Part shown: positions 18,658-27,463 of the stretch, piece after piece
How positions within the stretch are numbered: position 1 is the first letter of the stretch
Layout of the letters: each line of letters begins with the position of its first letter
IMG/VR virus record: IMGVR_UViG_3300017917_003339
Location: 28,495-92,494 of that record
DNA length: 64,000 bases
Source: a virus
Strand: one strand, 5' to 3'
Made by a program: the position numbers and the translations under genes
Notes under the pieces: generated by a model
The model's input: only the letters and a program-made list of their open reading frames with translations
Told to the model about the DNA's origin: nothing
Databases searched by the model: none

Positions 18658-19479
18658 TTATGAGTTTAACAAAATTTCTTTCATTTCAGTCACTAACTTT
18701 CTATGACCCTCACCGTACTGTGTCCAAGCCAACCCCATTTGTTTTAGGTCATAGTGTTTCAATACTGTACTGTAGTCTTCAACACCCTCTGGTCTACCGA
18801 TGATATAGATACTGTCAGCTAATTCAGCCGCAAGTCTAATATCGTGTGTTGAGAACATAATGGTGTTAGACTCATGTGCAGCACCAATTCTTTCAAAGGA
18901 TTGTTTAACCTTTTCAATGTTACCAACATCCAAACCAGAGAATGGTTCATCAAGAATCATAAAGTGTTTGTTGGTAAGCATTTGCTCAATAATCGCTGTG
19001 CGCTGTCTTTGACCACCCGACAATTCACAAGGGTATTTGTCTTTGTGTTCTAACAACCCCCATTCAGTTAAGTAATCCGTGATGATTGTGTCCTTTTCAG
19101 CTTTTGATAAGTTTGATTTACGCATAGCGTATTGACAAATCTGAGTCACGGTCTTGTGTCTGAAAAGCGTGTATTTTTGGTCCACAAAACCTACATCACC
19201 CTCATCAAGTTGTTTGGCATCATTCACATCGTCTGTGTTCATGTTGGCCAAAAGGATTTGGCCAGATATTGGTTTTAACAACCCAGTTAACACTTTAAAC
19301 AATGTTGATTTACCACGTCCAGAACGACCTAATACTGCAATCACTTGACCAGTTGAGTCGATGTCTTTTCTGATAACATTCTTTTCAATAATGCTAATGT
19401 CTTTGATGATAACCTTACCATCGTAGCCAGCGCTTACGTTATCAACGTATAATAGCGTTTCATTTGTTGTATATGGCAT
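18658..19479 (-). CDS. ABC transporter ATP-binding protein (NitT/TauT type)
   Basis: GRSGRGKST, LSGGQRQR, LDEPFSGLD, STHD. Confidence 0.93.
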   Translation of the reverse strand: MPYTTNETLLYVDNVSAGYDGKVIIKDISIIEKNVIRKDIDSTGQVIAVLGRSGRGKSTLFKVLTGLLKPISGQILLANMNTDDVNDAKQLDEGDVGFVDQKYTLFRHKTVTQICQYAMRKSNLSKAEKDTIITDYLTEWGLLEHKDKYPCELSGGQRQRTAIIEQMLTNKHFMILDEPFSGLDVGNIEKVKQSFERIGAAHESNTIMFSTHDIRLAAELADSIYIIGRPEGVEDYSTVLKHYDLKQMGLAWTQYGEGHRKLVTEMKEILLNS

Positions 19480-19490
19480 AATTCTTAGTT

Positions 19491-20324
19491 TTAGAAGTTA
19501 GAATATCTGAAAATTAACTTTCTTAATTTAGTCATTAAGAAGTCCAATAAAATCCCTACAAGGATAATAACAATCTGTACCGCAATAACTCTACCGTTAT
19601 CACCCACTTTGTCACCATTTTTGATAAGTACACCCAAACCACCAGCAGCGATAAGGATACTTTCAATACTTACAAGCATCATCCATACAATCGCAAGGTT
19701 TTGTCTTACCAATTCAAATACGTAGTCAAAACGACCTTTGATTACCACTTCCCAAAGCATTTCCCATCTGTTACAACCCAACGTTCTAGCATGGTCAAAT
19801 TCTTCTTGTGGAATGTCTTTAATCATCTGTACAAGGCTTGTAATCAAATAAGTCGACATGAACATTACAAGCACCCATACTTGGATAGTTCTTGCGCTAG
19901 AAAGGATAATAGTAATGTAGAACGTAATACCAGCCAGAGGTAAGAATCTAAGTTTTGAAATGAAATCAGCCCAACCCTTAAAGAATGGCAACGTACTCAA
20001 ATAGGTGAAAAACAAAGAGATAATCACCGATAGTACAACAGCTTGAGCACACAATGACAAAGAACTGAACAAATGTACAATAAGACCATCGTTCCAGATT
20101 GTACTAAAACCCTTCAACACCTGTGCTGGTGTTGGAAACAAATTTGTCGTCCCAGTAGACGATAAACCCCAAAAAGCAAACAATAGACCTAACCAAATGG
20201 TCAGCATCAATGTTTTACTAGAACCCTTTACTGACTGAAAGGGGATAAACATTTTCAATACGTTTTTCATTATTGTTATTTTTAAATTCTTTACAAAAAT
20301 ACGATTTAATTTCCATTCTACCAA
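19491..20324 (-). CDS. ABC transporter permease (NitT/TauT type)
   Basis: FPTPAQV, ARTLG, AAGGLG; multiple TM helices. Confidence 0.88.
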   Translation of the reverse strand: MVEWKLNRIFVKNLKITIMKNVLKMFIPFQSVKGSSKTLMLTIWLGLLFAFWGLSSTGTTNLFPTPAQVLKGFSTIWNDGLIVHLFSSLSLCAQAVVLSVIISLFFTYLSTLPFFKGWADFISKLRFLPLAGITFYITIILSSARTIQVWVLVMFMSTYLITSLVQMIKDIPQEEFDHARTLGCNRWEMLWEVVIKGRFDYVFELVRQNLAIVWMMLVSIESILIAAGGLGVLIKNGDKVGDNGRVIAVQIVIILVGILLDFLMTKLRKLIFRYSNF

Positions 20325-20384
20325 ATAATTAGGTAAAAAAAAAAATCCCTGATTTCTCAGGGACTTTTTAATTAAGCATAAGCA

Positions 20385-22199
20385 TTATTTCAAGAGAGTA
20401 ATTTCTACACGTCTGTTTTTAGCTTTACCTGACACGGTGTTGTTGTCACCGATAGGTTGAGTATCACCTCTACCGTCTACCAATTGGAAACGTTCTTTTG
20501 AGATACCACGGCTAGTTAAGTATTCAACTACTGAGTTAGCACGACCTCTAGACAATACTAAGTTTGAATCTGGGTTACCTACGTTGTCAGTGTGACCAAC
20601 AATTTTAAGTTTAGTTTCCTCAGCTTGAACTAACAAGTTGTAAATGGTTTCTAAGTCTTTTTCGGAACCTTGGATAGCAGTACTACCAGTTGCGAAGTTG
20701 ATATTCCATTGACCGTTAGCCAATACTTTAGTTTTTGTTTCAGCATATGAAATCTTTTCAACTTTACCAGCATCACCGATGTTGATTGATTTCAAGAAGT
20801 ACAAGTTAACTGCATCATCGTAAGGTACTACACCGTCAGGACACATACCGTTGAAATCCATAGGGTTCAAGTCGGTTAAGTAAGCAGAAACTTGGTCGTA
20901 CACAGCTTTATATCTGTTGTTACCGTCAGAGATACCGTTGTATTGCATCGCATCAGCGTAGTTGAATACTCTTGTACCACCGATATCGTAACCTAAACCA
21001 GCTTTGGTACCTTTTTGCCCTTTGAACATGTTGTACCAATATTCAGGTGTTTCAGCATTGTATGTTTTAGCGACACATTCAGCAGCTTTACGAGCCCACT
21101 CGTCATATTGTTTGATTTGGTTACAAGCCACGTAAGTTTGTTTCAATAAGTTGATAACTTCTTTATCGTGTTGTACAGCCCACTCTTTGATGATTACAAG
21201 TGTAGTAGCCATTTGATTTACGAACTCTTTAGTTGATACCACATCGGTGAAACCTGTTAGAGCATCGAAAGCCATTTTGTCACCTGGAGTCCACGTAGTG
21301 GCACCATCAATTTTACGGTTAACTGTTTTACCAGTCAATTTACCATCTTTAACCTCTTTCAAAGGCACAGTGTAACCTGCGGTTTGAGATTTAATTAAGT
21401 CTTTTACAGACTCAATGAAATCATCGTTTGGTGATGGAACGAAGTTAATCGCATTAGGGTCGTAAGTTTTAGGGTCTGGGTTTACTGGAATTTTGTTAGC
21501 GAACGCATAGTTACAAGCTACAACCCAGTCACCGTCACCGATTACAGAAGAGATAACACAACCTTTCATCGATTGAGGATTATCTTTCCAAATTTGTGGA
21601 CCAATCAACTTGTCCTCACCGTATGATAAACCATATTGTGCGATAGCTTGAACGTGGTATTTACCCTTACCGAATTTTTCGTCTAATGATTTCTGAGTAG
21701 TTGTGATATAGAACGGTACACCATCACCCATGATAGATACAGCTACAGCTGATTTATCAGATTTAGGATAAGCGGCACCACCGTCAAATTCCTCAACAAA
21801 CTTGATTTGCATATCACGTAAACCACCAACCATGTCTTGACGAACGATTTCTAAGTTTACACCTGCGGCTTCCATAAGTGACCCCTCAGTTGTACGAGGA
21901 CCACCGTTGGCTACAATCATACCAGAGTTACCATTCCATGCATACTCTGCAATTCTAATAAGACCTTTTGAAGCAACTTCACTTGATGGAGCGCTAGATG
22001 GCAAAGGCAATTTAGCACCAGCCGTTACGTTGTTCAAGTTTTCGGAATTAAGTTCCAAACCACCAAGGGTTTTTGAAACTTCCACTCGTAGACCTGGTGA
22101 AACGAAATACACCACAGCCATTACCAATACTGCTCCAAGAGCAACTAAAGCACCTTCTGCGAAGGTTGTCAATTTCTGAATTTTAAGGATTCTTCCCAT
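20385..22199 (-). CDS. ABC substrate-binding protein fused to C-terminal OmpA-like domain
   Basis: N-terminal TM helix; C-terminal GHTDNVG..NLVLSRGRA..NRRVEI. Confidence 0.88.
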   Translation of the reverse strand: MGRILKIQKLTTFAEGALVALGAVLVMAVVYFVSPGLRVEVSKTLGGLELNSENLNNVTAGAKLPLPSSAPSSEVASKGLIRIAEYAWNGNSGMIVANGGPRTTEGSLMEAAGVNLEIVRQDMVGGLRDMQIKFVEEFDGGAAYPKSDKSAVAVSIMGDGVPFYITTTQKSLDEKFGKGKYHVQAIAQYGLSYGEDKLIGPQIWKDNPQSMKGCVISSVIGDGDWVVACNYAFANKIPVNPDPKTYDPNAINFVPSPNDDFIESVKDLIKSQTAGYTVPLKEVKDGKLTGKTVNRKIDGATTWTPGDKMAFDALTGFTDVVSTKEFVNQMATTLVIIKEWAVQHDKEVINLLKQTYVACNQIKQYDEWARKAAECVAKTYNAETPEYWYNMFKGQKGTKAGLGYDIGGTRVFNYADAMQYNGISDGNNRYKAVYDQVSAYLTDLNPMDFNGMCPDGVVPYDDAVNLYFLKSINIGDAGKVEKISYAETKTKVLANGQWNINFATGSTAIQGSEKDLETIYNLLVQAEETKLKIVGHTDNVGNPDSNLVLSRGRANSVVEYLTSRGISKERFQLVDGRGDTQPIGDNNTVSGKAKNRRVEITLLK

Positions 22200-22452
22200 T
22201 TTGTTATAAATTTTAATGTTATTGTTTTACGGTACAAATATACGAACTAATTTTTAATGTACCAAATTTTCTTTTGTTTGTTAACTTTTTTTTAATGTTC
22301 GCCAGTTAGAGGAACTACCCATGCGGTATAAAACTCTTCTGACTTCCTACTTACGTATATTGGCTCGGCAATCCTCATTATTATGTCCACCACTTTGCTT
22401 GGGGATACATGGTCAACCCACAGCTACTCGAACAGTTCTTTATTGTTTTTGA

Positions 22453-23583
22453 TTAGAACAACTCACCAAAACCACCAGATTTTTGTCTGTCAGTTGATGA
22501 CAACACATACTCTGGGTTGTTGTATTGTTTTGCGCTAGGGATGATATCTTCTCCCACTTTGATTTTGTCAGCAACAGCATTCAAGTTAGCGAACAACTCA
22601 TCAGAGTCTAACGTGTAGTTAGTGGTAAGTGTTTCGATATCCTTCAAATTACCAGCGGTAATTGCGATATCAGCGGCAATTGTTGATGTTACTACGTCAA
22701 GGGCATAGTCGAACTCCCATCCTTTGGTGAAGCCCATTGCGTTTTTAGCGGCAGTTGTAGCAGCGTTTGATTTACGACCAAACTCGTAGTCTTTCTTAAG
22801 CATTTCAACGGTAGCGTCAAAATCAGAGATTTTAATCTCCATGGCAGTTTCAACCATTGTCAACTTGTGACCCATTTTCTTCATGATGTTGGCACGGGTA
22901 CCATATTTTTGCACGAAGTCTTTGGCTTGAGTCAATTTGTTTGACACACGCAACGCTTCAGCGTTTACTTTTTGGAATTCAGCGGCCAAGTTTACATATT
23001 CATCTTCACCTCTAGCTTCAACACCACCCTTTTGAACCATTTCGTCCATTCTGGTTTTGATTTTTTGTGCTTTAGCTTGAAGTCTTAGAATAGACTTTTG
23101 CCCTTCCTCAGCTTCTGTTTGTGCTCTACTAGCTTCCAATTCCATGTCGTTTTTCAACTGAGCGATGTTACCCTTAGCAACTCTAAATGTTTGTTGGTTG
23201 GCAATCATCTTTTGACGCTCAATGTCCAACTGAGCAAAAGGGTCGTGACGGATAATCATCTTGTGAAGACCTCTTGTAAGCGCTCTAAGACCCTTAAGGA
23301 TTACTGGTGCAGCGATTATAAGACCTACAATCATTACCCCAGTTGCGGCAACAGCAAGCATGTGACCGATGGCTTGGAATACGGTTGGTAATACATATTT
23401 CCATAACCCGTATCCAATAGCACCAAATGCGGCTAATTTAATGAACCAGAAAAGGTTTTTTTCACCTTTACGGAAAGTGTCTACCTTAGTAGCAATTTGA
23501 TTTTGGTCAAAGTGCTTAAGGATTGGTAACTCCATCAAATTGGCATTCAATGTAGTTTGTTTGAATTGTGTTTGTGTACTCAT
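22453..23583 (-). CDS. membrane-anchored coiled-coil protein
   Basis: Two TM segments followed by long heptad-rich region. Confidence 0.65.
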   Translation of the reverse strand: MSTQTQFKQTTLNANLMELPILKHFDQNQIATKVDTFRKGEKNLFWFIKLAAFGAIGYGLWKYVLPTVFQAIGHMLAVAATGVMIVGLIIAAPVILKGLRALTRGLHKMIIRHDPFAQLDIERQKMIANQQTFRVAKGNIAQLKNDMELEASRAQTEAEEGQKSILRLQAKAQKIKTRMDEMVQKGGVEARGEDEYVNLAAEFQKVNAEALRVSNKLTQAKDFVQKYGTRANIMKKMGHKLTMVETAMEIKISDFDATVEMLKKDYEFGRKSNAATTAAKNAMGFTKGWEFDYALDVVTSTIAADIAITAGNLKDIETLTTNYTLDSDELFANLNAVADKIKVGEDIIPSAKQYNNPEYVLSSTDRQKSGGFGELF

Positions 23584-23584
23584 C

Positions 23585-24307
23585 TTATTTAATGTTTATG
23601 TTAATTCCAGATTTTACTGTTTCGATAGCTTCAACAATTTTGTTTTTAGCAATAGTGTTAGCATTTAACTTGCTATCAACTTCATCCAACTGTGGTTGGT
23701 ATTTACCATCAATGTCTTGAAGCTTGGATTGTCTGTCAGCAATTTGAATTTGCAACGCTTCCAATTGTTGTTGGAACATTGTCAATTCGTTAGCTAGAGT
23801 TTGATTCTCAGATTCTTTTTGTTTCAAAAGATTGTCTTTTTTACCCTTACCCTTAGCAACGTTTTCATCGTATACTTTGGTAATCTCACCAATATAGAAA
23901 TCAGCTTGAGAGATAAGTTTCTCTTTGCTAATCGTTTTATCCATTGCCGTACCCATAGCGTATGCCATTGCATATACTTGTGGATTGGTCATACCACCAT
24001 GTGATACTGATTGGAAAAACTCATAGAAATCAAAACCATCTTGGTTAAGGGAGTTAAAACCATTCTCATACAATTCAACAGCTTTTTCTAAGTGTTCTTG
24101 AGACACGTTAGCTTGCGATGCAAATGTTGGTTGTGGAGTTGGTGCTGAAGTTGGAAACGAGAAAACAGGTGTTGCAACCTCAGATGTTTGCGCATTTTCA
24201 GGAAACTTTGTAGCAGTTTGCTGTTTAGCAGGTGCTGGCGCTTGTTGACTAGTACCCTCACTAGAATTTTCATCTTGAGTGAAGATTAGATTTCTTAAAA
24301 AACTCAT
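23585..24307 (-). CDS. coiled-coil protein
   Basis: GFDFYEFFQ motif, Q/E-rich C-terminus. Confidence 0.65.
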   Translation of the reverse strand: MSFLRNLIFTQDENSSEGTSQQAPAPAKQQTATKFPENAQTSEVATPVFSFPTSAPTPQPTFASQANVSQEHLEKAVELYENGFNSLNQDGFDFYEFFQSVSHGGMTNPQVYAMAYAMGTAMDKTISKEKLISQADFYIGEITKVYDENVAKGKGKKDNLLKQKESENQTLANELTMFQQQLEALQIQIADRQSKLQDIDGKYQPQLDEVDSKLNANTIAKNKIVEAIETVKSGININIK

Positions 24308-24542
24308 TTTGTAATTGTTTATGTTTTACGATGCAAATATACGAAGTGTTTTTGTGTGTACCAAATTTTTAATGTTAACTGATTGTTAACAAAGACAGCG
24401 GCACGTGGGAATGACAAAACCTAAGTTCTAGAAACCGTTCACTCGTAAACGAGCTACACGCGCTTGTCTTTTTTATTAAGTTTAGAGGTAGCTTTACCGA
24501 TAAAGTCAATGGACGATATCAATACATTTTACTAAACTAGTA

Positions 24543-24624
24543 CAAGGAGCAGGACTCGAACCTGCGACCCTTCGGTCTGGGATTTCTCCCTCGCCAACCG
24601 CTCTAACCAACTGAGCTACCCCCG
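24543..24624 (-). ncRNA. tRNA-like RNA with non-canonical anticodon arm
   Basis: Canonical D arm TAGCTCAGTTGGTTAGAGC and T arm; anticodon region replaced by a GGGA-GAAA-TCCC hairpin. Confidence 0.55.
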
Positions 24625-24628
24625 TATA

Positions 24629-24780
24629 TAGGCAACAAGATTAACTTTTTAATACGCGCTCTAAACCAACTGAGCTACCACCCGAAATCTTTAATCTAGT
24701 TGGGTGGGAAGGACTCGAACCTCCGACCTCGTGCTTAAGAGGCTATTGATTTAAATTGCTGAAATAATCTTTTATACCTA
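24629..24780 (-). tRNA. circularly permuted tRNA-Lys(CUU) framed by helix+CAGCA module
   Basis: 3' half (24700-24743) precedes 5' half (24654-24684); acceptor GGGTGG/CCACCC; flanks pair TAGGTA..AAGATTA/TAATCTT..TGCCTA. Confidence 0.75.
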
Positions 24781-24784
24781 TTTT

Positions 24785-24964
24785 TTAAGCCTTAACTTTG
24801 GCTTTTAAAATGTCAATCTGTTTGTTGATGCGTTGTCTATCCGCATCGGTCAAAGCAACCTTTACGTCACTTGTACCCTTTTGGGTTTTTACACCACTTT
24901 TAAGTTGCGCCTCAAATTGCGCTAATGCTCTAGCTTGTCTAGATTTTTGTGCTAATGTAGCCAT
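24785..24964 (-). CDS. 59-aa basic hypothetical protein
   Basis: Manual translation MATLAQKSRQARALAQFEAQLKSG...KAKVKA. Confidence 0.65.
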   Translation of the reverse strand: MATLAQKSRQARALAQFEAQLKSGVKTQKGTSDVKVALTDADRQRINKQIDILKAKVKA

Positions 24965-24985
24965 ATTTAAAAATTAATAATTTAG

Positions 24986-25061
24986 TCGAGGAGAAGGGAC
25001 TCGAACCCTTCAGCAACTAGTATACACCCCGCAATGAGGCTGCCGCACCAATACCATCCCC
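24986..25061 (-). ncRNA. tRNA-like RNA (acceptor and T arm, atypical core)
   Basis: CGGGGA/TCCTCG, GAAGGG-TTCGAGT-CCCTTC. Confidence 0.45.
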
Positions 25062-25235
25062 GTGTTTTGGTGCTAACTTTCCCACGATAGCACCGTTGCA
25101 GTCTTTTCTTTGGGAGAGGGTCCGAACTGCAAACCCAGAAGTTGTAGCACTTCCTCAGCTGTTACGCTCATTTCCTTTTAACACCTTCCATGGTATGTTA
25201 AAATTCTTTACGTAAGTGTAACCGTCTTACTGTAG

Positions 25236-25308
25236 TGGTACCGACTGGAATCGAACCAGTGACACATGGATTTTCAGTCCATTGCTCTACCAACTGAGCT
25301 ACGGTACC
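25236..25308 (-). tRNA. tRNA-Phe(GAA)
   Basis: ATGGA-CTGAAAA-TCCAT. Confidence 0.93.
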
Positions 25309-25536
25309 TTGAATGGATAAACATTTCCAAGTGTTTACCCTAGCAGTTTTTACGCACTAGCACGGCTAAAAAACTACAAAAAACCTACTCGATGTTTTAT
25401 GCTTGGACAAGGGGCTGCACGAGCAACAACCCAGTTGTTCTGGTACAACTTTAAACCCCAAACTTGAGTCGTTGGCACTGAGTCAATAGTTCCGACACAA
25501 AGATTCCTAGGTTTTTGTGTGTTTCCTATTTAGTCG

Positions 25537-25613
25537 TGGGGGAAGCTGGACTCGAACCAGCGACCTTTCGCTCTCCTAAGACAGCGAACATCTGCCAACT
25601 GAAATATTCCCCC
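25537..25613 (-). ncRNA. tRNA-like RNA with 10-nt anticodon loop
   Basis: TTCGCT-GTCTTAGGAG-AGCGAA; good acceptor and T arm. Confidence 0.55.
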
Positions 25614-25842
25614 GATTGCCTCGGTTAAAAACCGAGGGCTTGTTCCGTGACGCTACCGCCCCAGAGATTTACGTCTTTGTGTTTGATACCACCGCCAGTA
25701 CAAAGTTTCATTATCACAAAGATAAGAGGAGGAACTTTCCTATTGGCTACTACTCTCAAACACCCTACGATGTCTAATTAAAATTACAATGCAAATATAC
25801 TAAGTGTTTTTCAATCTTGCAAGTTTTTTAAAAGTTTTTTTT

Positions 25843-26469
25843 TTAAGAGTTAGGGTAATTTATCAACTTTTCACTAAAATAGTAAAAACTTGTTTTACCC
25901 ATTCTTTTAAACCCTAAATTTTCCCAAAACTTTTTAACTCTTTTATGGCTTGCTTTGTTTTCTCTGTCGTCAATCGCAAAAGGTATAACAACAAACAAAC
26001 TATCAGGTTTACCTATAGTGTCTATTATTTCATGTATTACAGCAGAACCAATACCCATACCTCTATTTTTTTCATTTATTCTAAATAAATCAATATAGAT
26101 ATATTCACTAAACTCTTCCAAACTAAATTTAGTTTTGCTTCTGCTATCAGAATCTTTGAAACACGCATCGAAACCATCCACAAAGTTTTGTGATATAATA
26201 TCACAAAAATCATAAGCTTCTTCAAACCCCATCCAAGAAATGTGACGCATAAAATTTATTTTAACTTCACCAATTTCTTCAACGACATCTTTATTTGTCT
26301 CTTCGTCATATGAATAATTATCAACTATTTTAACGTTAATATCTTTTATATGACCCTCACATTCATAATGGATAGATGTTGAATAGTTTATTTCTATCAA
26401 GTTTTCTCTCAAAAGTTCAATAGAATCTGCCACATCTTCACCTAGCATTAACTCAAAGTATTGTTCCAT
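25843..26469 (-). CDS. GNAT acetyltransferase
   Basis: NRGMGIGS, KFWENLGF. Confidence 0.8.
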   Translation of the reverse strand: MEQYFELMLGEDVADSIELLRENLIEINYSTSIHYECEGHIKDINVKIVDNYSYDEETNKDVVEEIGEVKINFMRHISWMGFEEAYDFCDIISQNFVDGFDACFKDSDSRSKTKFSLEEFSEYIYIDLFRINEKNRGMGIGSAVIHEIIDTIGKPDSLFVVIPFAIDDRENKASHKRVKKFWENLGFKRMGKTSFYYFSEKLINYPNS

Positions 26470-26537
26470 TTTTTTTATTATTATTATTATTAATACAATG
26501 CAAATATACTAAGTGTTTTTTAATGTTACAAGTATTT

Positions 26538-27053
26538 TTAAAATTTTTTTCCAATCAACAGATAATAGTTTGAATTTGTTTTTCTTACAGATGTTGATTC
26601 TGATGCGTATATAGGTTCATCAGAATCAATATAGTAATCACGTACTATATCATCTAAAACCTCTTTCAAACTACAACCATCTTCTGAAAAATAAAGTTCA
26701 GCATAGTTTACGTAATCATCCTCATCGATTCCAACAGTGTCTTCAATCATCGATGTATCACAATCATCACTAGTGATGACAATAATGTTATCCGAATTAT
26801 GTAAACTTTTTCTTGAAAAAGCTTCAATTTGTTCATAAAGACCCTTACCGATAATCGCGAAATCTTCACACGCATCAACTTCTGCTGGTACGATAACCAT
26901 TTGGTCACATTCCAATAATTGTTTATGTGAATAGGTACCACCTTTGAATTCAACTATTTCCAAGTTGTAATTGGAAAGAGTTTGGCGAACTCTAGCCACC
27001 ACATCTGGGTTAGCTTTGTTAGACTTCGCCAAGTACACTTTCATCTTTTTCAT
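26538..27053 (-). CDS. hypothetical protein
   Basis: ORF. Confidence 0.65.
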   Translation of the reverse strand: MKKMKVYLAKSNKANPDVVARVRQTLSNYNLEIVEFKGGTYSHKQLLECDQMVIVPAEVDACEDFAIIGKGLYEQIEAFSRKSLHNSDNIIVITSDDCDTSMIEDTVGIDEDDYVNYAELYFSEDGCSLKEVLDDIVRDYYIDSDEPIYASESTSVRKTNSNYYLLIGKKF

Positions 27054-27059
27054 AGCAGA

Positions 27060-27452
27060 TTACTTTTCAGTTTCTTCTTCACCGAAGTATTCGTTGTAGA
27101 TAGCTTCGGCTTCAGCCAATTCAACCTCTTTCAAAGCTAAATCCATACGACATTGGTGTAATTCGGAAACCCATTTAGCTGGTTCGAAATCTGGATGACC
27201 AGGTCTCAACGATGTTGTGTTTTCTGGTGCCAAGTCGGTTAACTTGTTGATAGTGCTTTTTAATTTAGATTTCTCTTTTTTCAAGTTGTTGATGAAAGAG
27301 TTTAACTCCAATACAACATCTTCTGCCAAGTCGCTTGCTCTATTAGCCAATGTAGCTGAATTGCTAGACGAAATCATTTTTTCAAATTTACTCATAAAGT
27401 TTATTTTTAATGTTATAATTAATACATTGCAAATATACGAGTAATTTTCCAA
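27060..27452 (-). CDS. hypothetical coiled-coil protein (likely start 27395, MSKFEK)
   Basis: ORF after promoter at ~27428. Confidence 0.65.
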   Translation of the reverse strand: MENYSYICNVLIITLKINFMSKFEKMISSSNSATLANRASDLAEDVVLELNSFINNLKKEKSKLKSTINKLTDLAPENTTSLRPGHPDFEPAKWVSELHQCRMDLALKEVELAEAEAIYNEYFGEEETEK

Positions 27453-27463
27453 TCTAGCAAATC

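Noticed and set aside
25066-25530. tmRNA or RNase P RNA
   Set aside because: No recognisable tmRNA termini, tag frame or RNase P P4 consensus; left as unknown ncRNA
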